Source: the human T2T-CHM13v2.0 reference genome, Homo sapiens
Assembly (NCBI RefSeq): GCF_009914755.1
Contig: NC_060937.1
Reading direction: 5' to 3' (one strand)
Length of the DNA: 64,000 nt
Positions 53,515 through 64,000 of this stretch are shown in pieces. The notes beneath the pieces were generated by a model that saw nothing but the letters and a program-made list of their open reading frames with translations, was not told the origin of the DNA and did no database searches. The stretch's first letter is position 1. Every line of letters starts with the position of its first letter. The translations under genes were made by a program, and so were the position numbers.

Positions 53515-54006
53515 CACTGTAGCTTCCTAGGATTGCTACAACAAAGTACCACAAACGGAGTGGCTTAATACAAGAGAAATGTATTGTCTCAGTTCTGAAG
53601 CCTAGACGTCTGAAATTAAGGTAGCAGCAGAAGCATGCGCCCCCTGAAGGATCTAGGGGAGAGTCTATTTCAGGCCTTCTCTAAGCTTCTAGTGAAACTT
53701 CTAGAACTAGAAGCTTCTCTAAGCTTCTAGTGGATTTCCCAACAACCCTGGAAAATCCTTGGCTTGCAGCTGTAGCACTTGAGCCTCTGCCTTCCTCATC
53801 ACATGGCATTTCCCTGCATGTCTGTGTCTGTGGTCTTGTCTTATAAGGACACCAGTCATATTGGGTTAAGATCCCACTTTATTCTGGTATGAGCCCATCT
53901 TAACTAATTAACTCTGCAAAGACGTTATTTCTCACCTTCCATACTGAGGTTCCTGGGATTAAGACTTCCAGGTAATGTTTTAGGAAACATAATTCAACCC
54001 ATAACA
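53515..54006 (-). mobile_element. MLT1C-like MaLR LTR
   Basis: ttcctaggattgctacaacaaagtaccacaaac...cttataaggacaccagtcatattggg...cataattcaacccataaca. Confidence 0.85.
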
Positions 54007-54180
54007 GGCATTTATGAATTTGCAGACTGTTGAGGATGGGGGGAGTGTGAGTTCTTAATCTCATTACATGTTGAATGCTGCGCTATGTAAGATTCCTCTG
54101 ATAGGAACCAGCATCTTGCTTCATGATGTTCCACTCATGTGGATGGATGTTCTGAAGTTTCACTTCTAACAAGAATCACT

Positions 54181-54478
54181 GGCCGGGCACGGTGGCTCAC
54201 GCCTCTAATCCCACCACATTGGGAGGCCCAGGTGGGTGAATCACAAGGTCAGGAGTTTGAGACCAGCCTGGCCAACATGATAAAACCCGTCTCTACTAAA
54301 AATACAAAAAAAATAGCTGGGCGTAGTGGCGGGCACCTGTAATCCCAGGTATGCGGAAGGCTGAGGCAGGGAATTGCTTGAACCTGGGAGGCGGAGGTTG
54401 CAGTGAGCCGAGATCATGCTACTGCACTCCGGCCCGGGCAACAGAGCAAGACTCCTCTCAAAAAAAAAAAAAAAAAAA
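54181..54478 (+). mobile_element. AluS (Sg-like)
   Basis: ggccgggcacggtggctcacgcc...atcacaaggtcaggagtttgag (2-bp deletion form), A tail, imperfect TSD aagaatcact / aaaattcact. Confidence 0.93.
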
Positions 54479-56089
54479 TTCACTGCAATACCTATGTCAC
54501 CCTTTGGCGTGGGAGGTAGGACACCATGGAGACAGGGGGAGGTCTTGATGGGAGAGTGAAGGAGGGATGAGACTAAGCATGAAAACAAAAATGAAGAGAG
54601 CTTACCTGGCAAGTAAGAAGTAAAGAGAGTGACACTTCCAGAGATGACTGTAAGCTTTGTCTCTCACTGCTCAACATCCTACACTTTCATCTAGTTCATT
54701 ATTTTCCACAGCAGCCTTTCCACCCATAGCATAATACTAACAGGGGTGAACAGAAAGAAGCATCATGAGTATAATTTTCCTTTTTTCTTCTTCAATACCT
54801 AGTTTGTTTACATGTCATTTTGTTCGTTGGAGGTGAGCTCAAGGAACTGGGGGTGATGTTATATTTGAGCATTTCAGATGCACGATTCGAGAGTTCCTGA
54901 ACACTGCTATCTGAACTGTAGTGTTGATCATGGTCTCTTGTTCTTCCCATATCCAGGATGGTTCTTCTGAACCACCCAGATCATGTTCTTCTCATACCCA
55001 AAATGGTCTTTTGGGAGTCCTGCTGATTTTTGATTGGAAATAAATTAAGTGACAAAGTCCAAAACCTCTGCAACTTCTTGTAGGAAAGATGATCAAAATG
55101 AAACAACTGTCCTGAAAGCTCCCCTAGTTTTCAAATATAACTTTTCAGGACTATGTGCTTTGATGGAGTATGATATACTTGACAGACAGATTTTTGGTCA
55201 GCATAATTTCCTTTCAGAAGTTACCCAGCCAAATATCATGACTAATAATTTCATACTAAAACAGAAATTGAATTTTTCTTTGAGATGAAAATGAATCCAC
55301 TAGTATTTTTTAAATCACCTATAGACAGAAATTGATTTGACATAATGTAATATGATTTTTTAAAATAATTTAGGAATATGAATGAGGCCATTGGAAGTAA
55401 GGTCTTTCCTTTTGTTTTCCTTACTCACTATGATTTATTCAAAAGTGATGAAAAGGTACCTTGTTATCAAACATAAATGTAGAGATTTGGATGAGGACTT
55501 CTTTTAAATAAAGCTACACAAAAAACTGCAGTGGAAATATACTCCACATTTAATCAAGCTACTTCCTTGCATAACAACCATGTTTGGGATAGTTTGGGTG
55601 AAACCTGAAGAGGCCCGTTAAATGGTTCAGTTGTTCACCAAAGCGGGTGGGTACCCGATGTGCGAGAGGCAGATGTTACGAAAAGCATGCGGACAGCATC
55701 TATCTCCCGTCACTGCCCAGGTTGATCAGGTTCTATGCAGCCGTTCATCTGATTCCAGTCATTGCCAAGTGCCATGAAGGACATTACTGCATCATAAAAT
55801 ATAGCCTGGAGTTAGACATCGTCCTAATTTCTAACTTCCCCTGCCCGACTGGTTGGTTGAATGGGTTTCTTTTAGCCTATAAGGGCCTTAGGATTCTCCT
55901 ACACTTCTACCAAAATGAGCTTTCTAAAAGAGTATATGGTACAATATCCTCTTATGGAACATATACTCTTATGGAGTAATGTCACAGTATATGGCATTGA
56001 CCTTTTGCCATTCACCTGTCCCCACTACCTTCCCCTGCATAACATACTTTGTGACACAAGTATTTCACTACAACTAATGTGATCTTCTA

Positions 56090-56250
56090 GACCAGCACTT
56101 CTCCAAAGTCAGAGTTTTTGCAAATCACCTGAAGATCTTGTTCAAATGTAGGTGCTAGTTCAGGAGGCCTGAGGTGAGGACCGAGATTTTGCCTTTCTGA
56201 CAAACTCCCAGATAAGGCCAATGCTGCTAGTTTCCTCGAGTGGGAAGGAT
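56090..56250. mobile_element. MER5A-family MITE
   Basis: cagcacttctccaaa...aatcacctgaagatcttgttcaaatgtag...gagattttgcctttctgacaaactcccag. Confidence 0.7.
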
Positions 56251-56259
56251 CTAGGAAAC

Positions 56260-57620
56260 TCCCCTATGTATTCCTGTTCCTATATCTTTGTTCACATTCT
56301 TCCTTCAACCTGGAATTTCTTCCCTTTCTTCCTAGATTTTCATATTCATCCTTAGAAACCCTGCCTTAGTAGCTACTCCTTGAAGTGGTCTAGGATGGGG
56401 CTTTCTGTATCACAAATGCTTCCTCCTCTGAACTCCTATAGCACACAGTGGCTGGACCACCCTCTGACACTGCTAATTTTATCTTTAGCTACTTTCTCAT
56501 GCATACATCTTGAATCCCTGATTAAATGTTTAGCCCCTTGAGGACAATCTCATCATGTTCACTCCTGGCCTTTCCCTTAAATCTCAGATTTGCAATTCCA
56601 ACCACCTGCTGCCTTATTAGAATCCAAATTCAACAGAGCAAAAACGAAACACCCTATCTTCCTCCTCAGAAAACTTGTTCAGTCTCAGGTACTCCCTTCT
56701 CAGAGAGTTGCATTTATTTATTTTACAAATACCTGTTTGTTTTAACAAATACATGTGCCTACGATGGACCAGGCACATAGTGATGAATGGAGCAGACGTG
56801 TTTTCATGATGCTTGTCTGAAACCTGTGGAACCTCGAAAAGCCCCAGTCACCTACAACTTAAAAGCTGTGCACTTCTGGAGGCTCAACCACCCAAGGTAG
56901 AAACTGCAGGGTCATCACCAATTTCACCTTCTAACTTACCTTCCACAACCATCTGTTGTGTTATAAATTTCTATCTGTGCCGCCACAGAAATGCCTCTCC
57001 TACATGAGCACTCCCTTCTTTCCCATTTCTCTTGCCACTGTCCTAGAAATGTGGCCATCCTCTCTGGTTCCAGTGATGGCACTTGTCTCCCTACTCCCTA
57101 CTCATCCCTTTTGGTTTCAGCTTCTTCATCTCCAACTTTTTTTGACACCAACCCTGAAGTTATCATTCTCCAGAAACATCCATCTCATCACAGCACTTAT
57201 GGACTTACAAAGATAGATGGATCCACATTGCCTGTGGAATTAAACCCCACCTTCATAGCATCAAGTTCAATGTCTCTATAATCTATCCTCCACTGACTTT
57301 TCCAGCTTCCCATCCTCACACACTATCCCCTATTTCTACTGTGTCTGAGCAAACATGTGCTAGTCTCCAAATGGCCCTGCTCTTTGAAGGCTGCTTGCCT
57401 TTGGTCAACCTAGAAGTCCTCTCCTAATTCTCCAACTGTCAAAATGCAACAGTTCCTTAAGGTTCAACTCAAAAGCCACCTCATCCAAGAAAGCTTCCTC
57501 TGCCATAAGTAACCACTTCCATGGCATTTCCTTTGTAACTGTGTCACATGCCCTTTGCCACACAGTCTCGGGTGATTCTTAACTATGTATCTATCTGTCT
57601 TTACCTCCACTAGGTGTTAA
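56260..57620 (+). mobile_element. Cluster of degraded L2 fragments
   Basis: ttccttcaacctggaat...; aatccaaattcaacagagcaaaaacgaaac; ttccttaaggttcaactcaaaagccacctcatccaagaaagcttcc. Limits approximate. Confidence 0.6.
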
Positions 57621-57785
57621 GACTATGTTTATCTAACCCAGTCGGTGACGAACAAAATTTCCCGAAATCCAAGGGAAGATGTTCCCAACAATTCGAGTTT
57701 GTTGACTGGGATGATGGAATTGTACTTCTTTGATTCCTCAATGCTGAGCACAAAATCCTACTCTCGGAAGATGTGCAAAGAAAAA

Positions 57786-57853
57786 ATATATATATATACA
57801 TATATATATATCTTTTGTGTGTGTGTGTGTGTTTATGTGTGCAGTGTGTGTGT
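57786..57853. repeat. (TA)n + (TG)n compound microsatellite
   Basis: atatatatatacatatatatata...tgtgtgtgtgtgtgtgt. Confidence 0.9.
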
Positions 57854-57972
57854 AAACCTTTCATCTTTGGTATCTTTGAAATAGGCTCTCTCCAACTTCA
57901 TATAGCCTGATGATTGCATCCCATCGTGCCCCTGTCAGTGGAAGTCCTTCCTGTCAGAGCCAATTGCCAAGG

Positions 57973-58155
57973 CAGAGTTTTTCAATCTTGGTCACATATT
58001 AGAATCACTTGGAGAGTTTCGAAAAATCTCAGTGCTCAGTCTGCACCCCAGGTGGACTAACTTCATCAGAGTCTCTGTGGTCCAGACTTAGGCATCAGTA
58101 TGTTTAAAGCTGCTCAGATGATTCCAATATGCACCCAAGGGTCAAAACTACTGTG
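57973..58155. mobile_element. MER5A1-like MITE
   Basis: cagagtttttcaatcttggtcacatattagaatcacttggagag...ggcatcagtatgtttaaagc...gatgattccaatatgcacccaagggtcaaaactactg. Confidence 0.8.
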
Positions 58156-60059
58156 CTGGAGAATATTTCAATTTCAGACTTAGTCATAGGAATATACAAA
58201 GCAGCAGCCACAGCATATAGGACAATTTTAAGGGACTCATCTGACCCCAGACATCTCTCTTGGTTGCCCATTGTGGTACCCACAATGAGAAAACAGAATT
58301 CTCTTTTGAGTATAGTATTATCTCCAGAAGGCATTGTTAAATACATACATAAATACATGAGATATGAATATATATAATATGATACTCATAATATGTGTGT
58401 ATGTATCATATTATATATGCAAATATGTTCCCTGGAAAGAGTAATCTATCCATCTTCCAGCTGTGTGCAGAATGAAAAGCAAATTCCCTTTTGTGAAAGA
58501 TGAGGCCCTGGAAAGGAAGGTCTGGGGCACACAGATGGCATTAGGGCATCCTCCCAGTCAGTTCTGAGAAGCTAGAGAGCACAGTGGGAATATCTGATAT
58601 CTCAGTAGAACATGAGGGGGTGAGAGGGAAAGAGAGGCACAGTAAAGGAAATTGGCATTGGGAGAGGACTTCCACCAACAAACTTGGCTTTCTCAGGTTG
58701 GCCAGGGATGACGCTGCCCTGAATCTCTGAAGTTTATAGACTTTGATTTTCAAAAATTAATTACTGGGTAGGGGAAGGGGAAGATTTTAGATGAGTGGGT
58801 AAGAAAATACCCAGGACCTGGGGGAATAAAGTCTCAGCTATACTAAACTTCCTGAGCCTTGAAAGCAATACTGAAAAGATTCCTAAATAAAAAGGTTAGC
58901 AGCATCCAGTCAAAGCCAAAAGAAACTGAGGAGAAGGAACCTCGTAAAAATAAAAAGTCATGAGGAAAAGTATATATCGGTGGCAATTTTTCCCCAAGCT
59001 TACAAAAAACACCACCTGGGGACAGAGAACCACGGTGATCCCTCTACACTCTCCTGCCTAATGAGAATTTCTGAAAGCAAAGTATGCCTAGAGTGAGTCC
59101 CCATGAGGTAGTAATTTATAAAGCTGCCCCTACACCATGCTGATTCTGAAAGAGACTGGTTTTCTAGTGTACCAGAGCCTTTTGTGGAAAAACAAAGCAA
59201 TAGGAAAGAACTTGAATAACGGAGGCCTCCACAGAGATGAGATGACACATCGGGGTCTGTGATTGCACCTCAGATTCACTCAACCACAATCTTCTCTGAG
59301 AAGCCTACTTCCTTATTCTCATAAACTAAGCTGAGCAGTAATCATCCTTTGCCTTGATGGGAAGATCTGCTAATTACCCACAGCTCTGGAGAAATGCAAA
59401 TCTGTGGCTATGTCATGGATCTGATCTGCCTTCTATGACCTTAACCCCCCACCCTAACTCCTTCTGTCTCGGATTTAAACAAATTAACTAGACATGAAAC
59501 AGAAAGAGGCTGTTACTTAAGGGAATTGGATCCTCGGAGCATATACTCCTGAATTTCCCTTATGGGTTTGAGTCAGCAGTGATGTCTCAGAGACATTCCA
59601 GATGACTTCAAGGAGGCAAGGGCAGACTGGTAATTAAACCACACCAATCAGGAAGGCTTAGAAATAGAGAACAAAGGGCAAGGAGAGGAGAGAGAAGAAG
59701 GCAAAAAAAAAAAAAGAAAAAGAAAAAAAATAAAAGAAAATAGAACGAAGAAGCAGGAAACCAGAGTCCTGGAAATGCTTTTTCACATGTTCTACCCACT
59801 CCTCTCTCTGTCTGTGTTAACGAAGCTCCTGGAAAGAGATGTGTGCTCGCCTCTGTATAAAGCAGTGAGGCACAGAAAGAATGGTGTGAGCTGAGGCCAA
59901 CCAGGTCTTAGGTCTGCGTGAGCCTGGTGGAGCAACTCAAGTCAGTGCAGGAAGAAGGCAGTGTGGGAACAGGGCTGGTGAGAGTGGGACTGGGCTCTCT
60001 TCCAGGATCCCAGGCTCACCCCACCTTAACCCCAAATGCTACAACCTCATGGGGCTGCA

Positions 60060-60528
60060 TGTCTTCTCTGTGCCCCTGCTAGTCCACTCTCCTCTCTTCT
60101 CCAGCCTGCCCATTGCTGGAGGGCTGAGGATATGAATTACATCCCTGGGCCCCCATGTCTGCTGACTCCAGTTAACCTTGGCCATTGGGAGGCACTGTAG
60201 GAGCTCCTAGAGGAGAGTGAGGCCCCAACATTCATTCTCGGGGCTTCCTCACTGTGAGGTTGCTTCAGACTAGCTGAGCACCTCAACGGAAGGTCACAAT
60301 TCCCCTCTGCTGGCTAGTCCAGAGCTCTTTCCCTCCCCCATACTTCAGTCCTTCAGGCCTTAGGGTGGTAACTTTGCTCCATGTTACTCACCTCAGGTTC
60401 TGCCCTATTCCTTATGGCTTTTCTACACTCTGCTGTCACCTGTATATCAAGTACCTTATTGAACTATCCTTAATTATTGCCCAAGTTGACTTGTGCTGTC
60501 AGTTTCATTCTAAGACCCAACTGATCTA
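60060..60528 (+). mobile_element. ERVL-class LTR (LTR33/LTR41-like), degraded
   Basis: ggaaggtcaca...ccttcaggccttagggtggtaac...tgttactcacctcagg...gtttcattctaagacccaactgat. Confidence 0.6.
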
Positions 60529-61307
60529 GCCCACTAACTCAAGATAGACCAGAATTATGTCTTTATTCTTCCATGGTGGGGCAACCTTCAAGGTGGCTTA
60601 GCTACTGGGGCATTCACCTGTATGTAAAAATGTCTACAGAGAAGTGGCTACTGGTGGAATCTGCTTAGTATCTGGAGAACTGTATGTCCTTTAGCTAAGG
60701 AAAACACAAGTGCTTTTCTCTTGGTCTAAAGTCACTTTACAGCTCATGCAGAGGTGGTCTCTGCAGTGCACCAAGAGATATAACTGACAGTAACGTGTGT
60801 CAGGGAGGGATTCCCTTCCTTCCTCAGTGCTAAGGAGAGAAAAAGAAGTAGATACGACTTACAAGGAAGGGAGGGAGACATGAGTTTGCCCCTGTGGGTC
60901 ACCTTCCATCACAGAGCGCGACTTTCTTCTGCTGAACCACCCAGCAATGGGAACACACTGTGCATGGCATCGAAGTTCAAGACCACCGACAAGCAAAAAT
61001 GAGTGCGGCTTTGCATTTACTGCCTGGAAACCCATTTCATCATTTAATCCAAAACCTAATTTTTTTAGAATTCAATGTTTAAACAAATCATGAGTGTTTG
61101 ATGTGACATGAGATTGCTTTATCCTCTCTCCTCCCCAGTTCCTCATGAAAATGAGATGCTGCACCTCATTTGGGGATTTGGGAGAGAAAATAAAACAAAA
61201 CAATCTGGATCTAGGTCAGCAGAAAGCCTGTTTGTTCAGCGTAAAGAGGCCTCTCCACTAATTAACACTTTCCTGAGAAAAAAGAGTGAAAGTCGTGTGC
61301 GAGGAGC

Positions 61308-61336
61308 ATATATATATATATACACACACACACACA
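61308..61336. repeat. (TA)n(CA)n microsatellite
   Basis: atatatatatatatacacacacacacaca. Confidence 0.9.
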
Positions 61337-62576
61337 TTCCTCTTTAAATGGCACCATTTCAGATTCAGTAAAATAGCACTTACCCCTTCAAATTGGAATA
61401 GTGATCACACATACTGAAAATTAAAATTCTGGAAAGCTTCAATGCTGAAAATTTCATCCAGTCACCTGACAGAGCTAATTAAATTTCTTGGGCTGTTGAT
61501 TAGTATTTATTAAATTACGGAACTAAAGCTTTAACTCTGCCATTCTTGCTTCAATAATTAAGAAGTTGTGGAGAGAGAGCAATAACCAAGGTGTCAGCTT
61601 GCTGACTCTTCCAAAAAGTGGTACTCAGAACTTTATCCAACTCATGCCACGAATCCAGTGATACTGAAGAAAAAAAAATGCAAATCTAGAGTAGCATAAA
61701 ATATGCTTTCTTTCCTTTTTAATTGTGCAAACACTGTGGTCATATAATAACATGCACAATGAATTTGCACCCATGGCTACATGTGCTTGATAAAGACAAC
61801 ATCATGGTTCTTTGCAACAATGAACATTTCCTCTTACAGATGCTTAGCTTCGGAGGCATCTTGTACAGAATAACATATTCTGTTCTTTTCCCACATGCTC
61901 ATCTAGTCAAACTTCTGCTCTCCAAGGAATGAATAAGTTCTGATGGACTCCACATCAGTCTTTATGTAAGATTTTTTCTGAAAATTATGGGGCTCTCTCC
62001 ATAATCCAGCAGTCAACTGAAAGAATATCTATTGAGTGTCTACCATGTGTTCAACACTCAGCTCACTGTCAAAAAAGATACAAAAAAAAAAACAAGATAC
62101 CATTCTTTCCCAGGGGCATCAAGATGTTTTATAGAGATAATCTATATCCAAATGAAACAAGAAACAAACCAAATGCATGAGATACTGATAAAATAAAGTG
62201 CTTATTTGTGTGATAGGATGATCAAAATAAATTTCACTTTCAGGAGTGCCTTCCAGCTCCAACACTTTCCAATGCTATGTGTAGCACAAAAAATAGCCGA
62301 AGAATTCAACTAAAGGTTCTAGAAGGTGTGTTCTCATCATGAGCATGCCCTCAGCACAGTCCCTGCTATTCGGTAAGCTCTAGGCAAATGCTGAATGAAT
62401 CGATATGCAAATGAGTGCAAAATGAAAAGAATGCAGACAGCAAGATGAATTGGCATTATCTGAGAAGGCTTCAGACCTGAGACTGCTCTTAAACCAAGCT
62501 GCAAGGCAGAGCTTACAAATTGTCAGCCATCAGTGTTAATCTATCTATACAGATGTGTTTCATTCAGCCCATGCTG

Positions 62577-62625
62577 TGATGATGATGGTGGTGGGGATGA
62601 CGGTGATGATGATCATGATGAAGAC
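62577..62625. repeat. Degenerate (GAT/GGT)n repeat
   Basis: gatgatgatggtggtggggatgacggtgatgatgatcatgatgaa. Confidence 0.75.
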
Positions 62626-62760
62626 AAGGATGGAAGTGGAGAGAGAATTTTAAAACCAGGAGATTCCATGTTCAAATCCATATATTTCTATTGTAAAACA
62701 AACTCTACCTCTCCTGGCTCCTGTGTCCATGTGGCATGATGCCAAGGCCAGTGGCTCTTC

Positions 62761-63055
62761 TTTTTTTTTTTTTGAGACAGAGTCTCACTCTTGTTGCCCA
62801 GGCTGGAGTCCAGTGGTATGTTCTCAACTCACTCCAACCTCTGCCTCCCAGATTGAAGCTATTCTCCTGCCTCAGCCCCCCAAGTAGCTGGGATTACAGG
62901 CACCCACCACCACACCTGGCTAATTTTTGTATTTTTAGTAGAGACAGGGTTTCACCATTTGGTCAGGCTGGTCTCAAACTCCTGACCTCAAATGATCCTC
63001 CCGCGTCGGCCTCCCAAAGTGCTGGGATTACAGGGGTGAGCCACGGCGCCCGGCC
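62761..63055 (-). mobile_element. AluS (Sq/Sp-like), full length
   Basis: TSD gtggctcttct at 62751-62761 and 63056-63066. Explains ORF 62736..63227. Confidence 0.95.
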
Positions 63056-63506
63056 GTGGCTCTTCTCTTTCTTCGGCCATCGTCCTCCAGGGTTGCACCA
63101 TGTTCCACCCTCTCAGTCTTCTTCCCAACCAAGGCCAAGTGTCAGTTACCTTTTATTTTCATGCATGCACTATTGCTTTCTTCTGGAAGAGAAAATAATC
63201 CCCATACACATCGTACTGAAAGTGTAAAAATGCAAAAGTAGTCCATGAGGGAGTCATGTTTCAAGGGAAAAGTGTGAGACTATCTCTTGTGAAAATGAAT
63301 GAGGAAATGAAATGATGAAATTGTATGCTATTAATATCAATCTAAATGTGTCTATGAAAAGAACAGAAATTGCTTCCCTACATTATCAGTTGCTACCTTC
63401 TCAGTGAGGCCTTCCATGAGCATCCACCTCCACACATGCTTCCAGTCCCCCCCTCCACTTTAGTTTTCACTTTAGCACATGCCATGTATATTTTTATTGT
63501 ATAATT

Positions 63507-64000
63507 CTTTTTTTAACTTAATTTTAAGTTCTGGGATACATGCGCAGGACATGCAGGTTTGTTACATAGGTAAACGTGTGCCATAGTGGTTTGCTGCACC
63601 TATGAACCCATCACCTAGGTATTAAACCCCGCATGCATTAGCTATTTATCCTGATGCTCTCCCTCCCCCTGCCCCCACAACAGGCCCCAGTGTGTATTGT
63701 TCCCCTCCATGTGTCCATGTATTTTTATTGTTCAGCTCCCACTTATAAGTGAGAAAATGCTGTTTGGTTTTCTGTTCCTGTGTTAGCTCCATCCATGTCC
63801 CTGCAAAGGACATGTCCCTGCAGCTCCATCCATGTCCCTGCAAAGGACATGATCTTGTTCCTTTGTCTGGCTGCATAGTATTCCATGCTGTACATGTACC
63901 ATATTTTCTTTATCCAGTCTATCCTTGATGGGCATTTAGGTTGATTCCATGTCTTTGCTATTGTAAATAGTGCTGTAATGAACATACGCGTGCATGTGTC
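63507..64000 (-). mobile_element. L1PA (about L1PA8-10) 3' end, continuing beyond the window
   Basis: ttaagttctgggatacatgcgcaggacatgcaggtttgttacataggtaaacgtgtgcc... ORF 63743..63985 is the ORF2 C-terminus (MFITALFTIAKTWNQPKCPS). Confidence 0.94.

Noticed and set aside
55647-55979. 110-aa GTG-start ORF in a locally CpG-richer patch
   Set aside because: No recognisable homology, no ATG start and no good splice-site pair.
62736-63227. 163-aa ORF and other ORFs with [11 protein letters not shown] / [15 protein letters not shown] text
   Set aside because: Standard translations of Alu sequence.

Overview
Human (primate) genomic DNA, not prokaryotic. The only recognisable coding sequence is a 144-nt internal exon at 13715-13858 (+) encoding [49 protein letters not shown] recognise this as glypican-6 (GPC6, exon 6 by recall; chr13q31-32), so the window is the 3' part of one large intron, this exon, and about 50 kb of the next intron. 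The exon is missing from the ORF track, and none of the tracked ORFs looks like a real gene. The introns are full of interspersed repeats: 11 Alus (including a near-consensus AluYa5, which points to human), a HERV-W solo LTR17 with TSD, THE1/MLT1/LTR33-type LTRs, L1/L2/MIR fragments, Tigger and hAT MITEs, and microsatellites. I found no self-contained novel genetic system. The best leads are regulatory hypotheses: two sense-oriented THE1 LTRs with DUX4-type motifs whose ATG and splice donor are in frame with GPC6; an in-frame intronic read-through/polyadenylation option after the exon; candidate cryptic exons; and several fold-back or templated-insertion scars. Repeat subfamily names come from remembered consensus sequences, and boundaries without a TSD are approximate.
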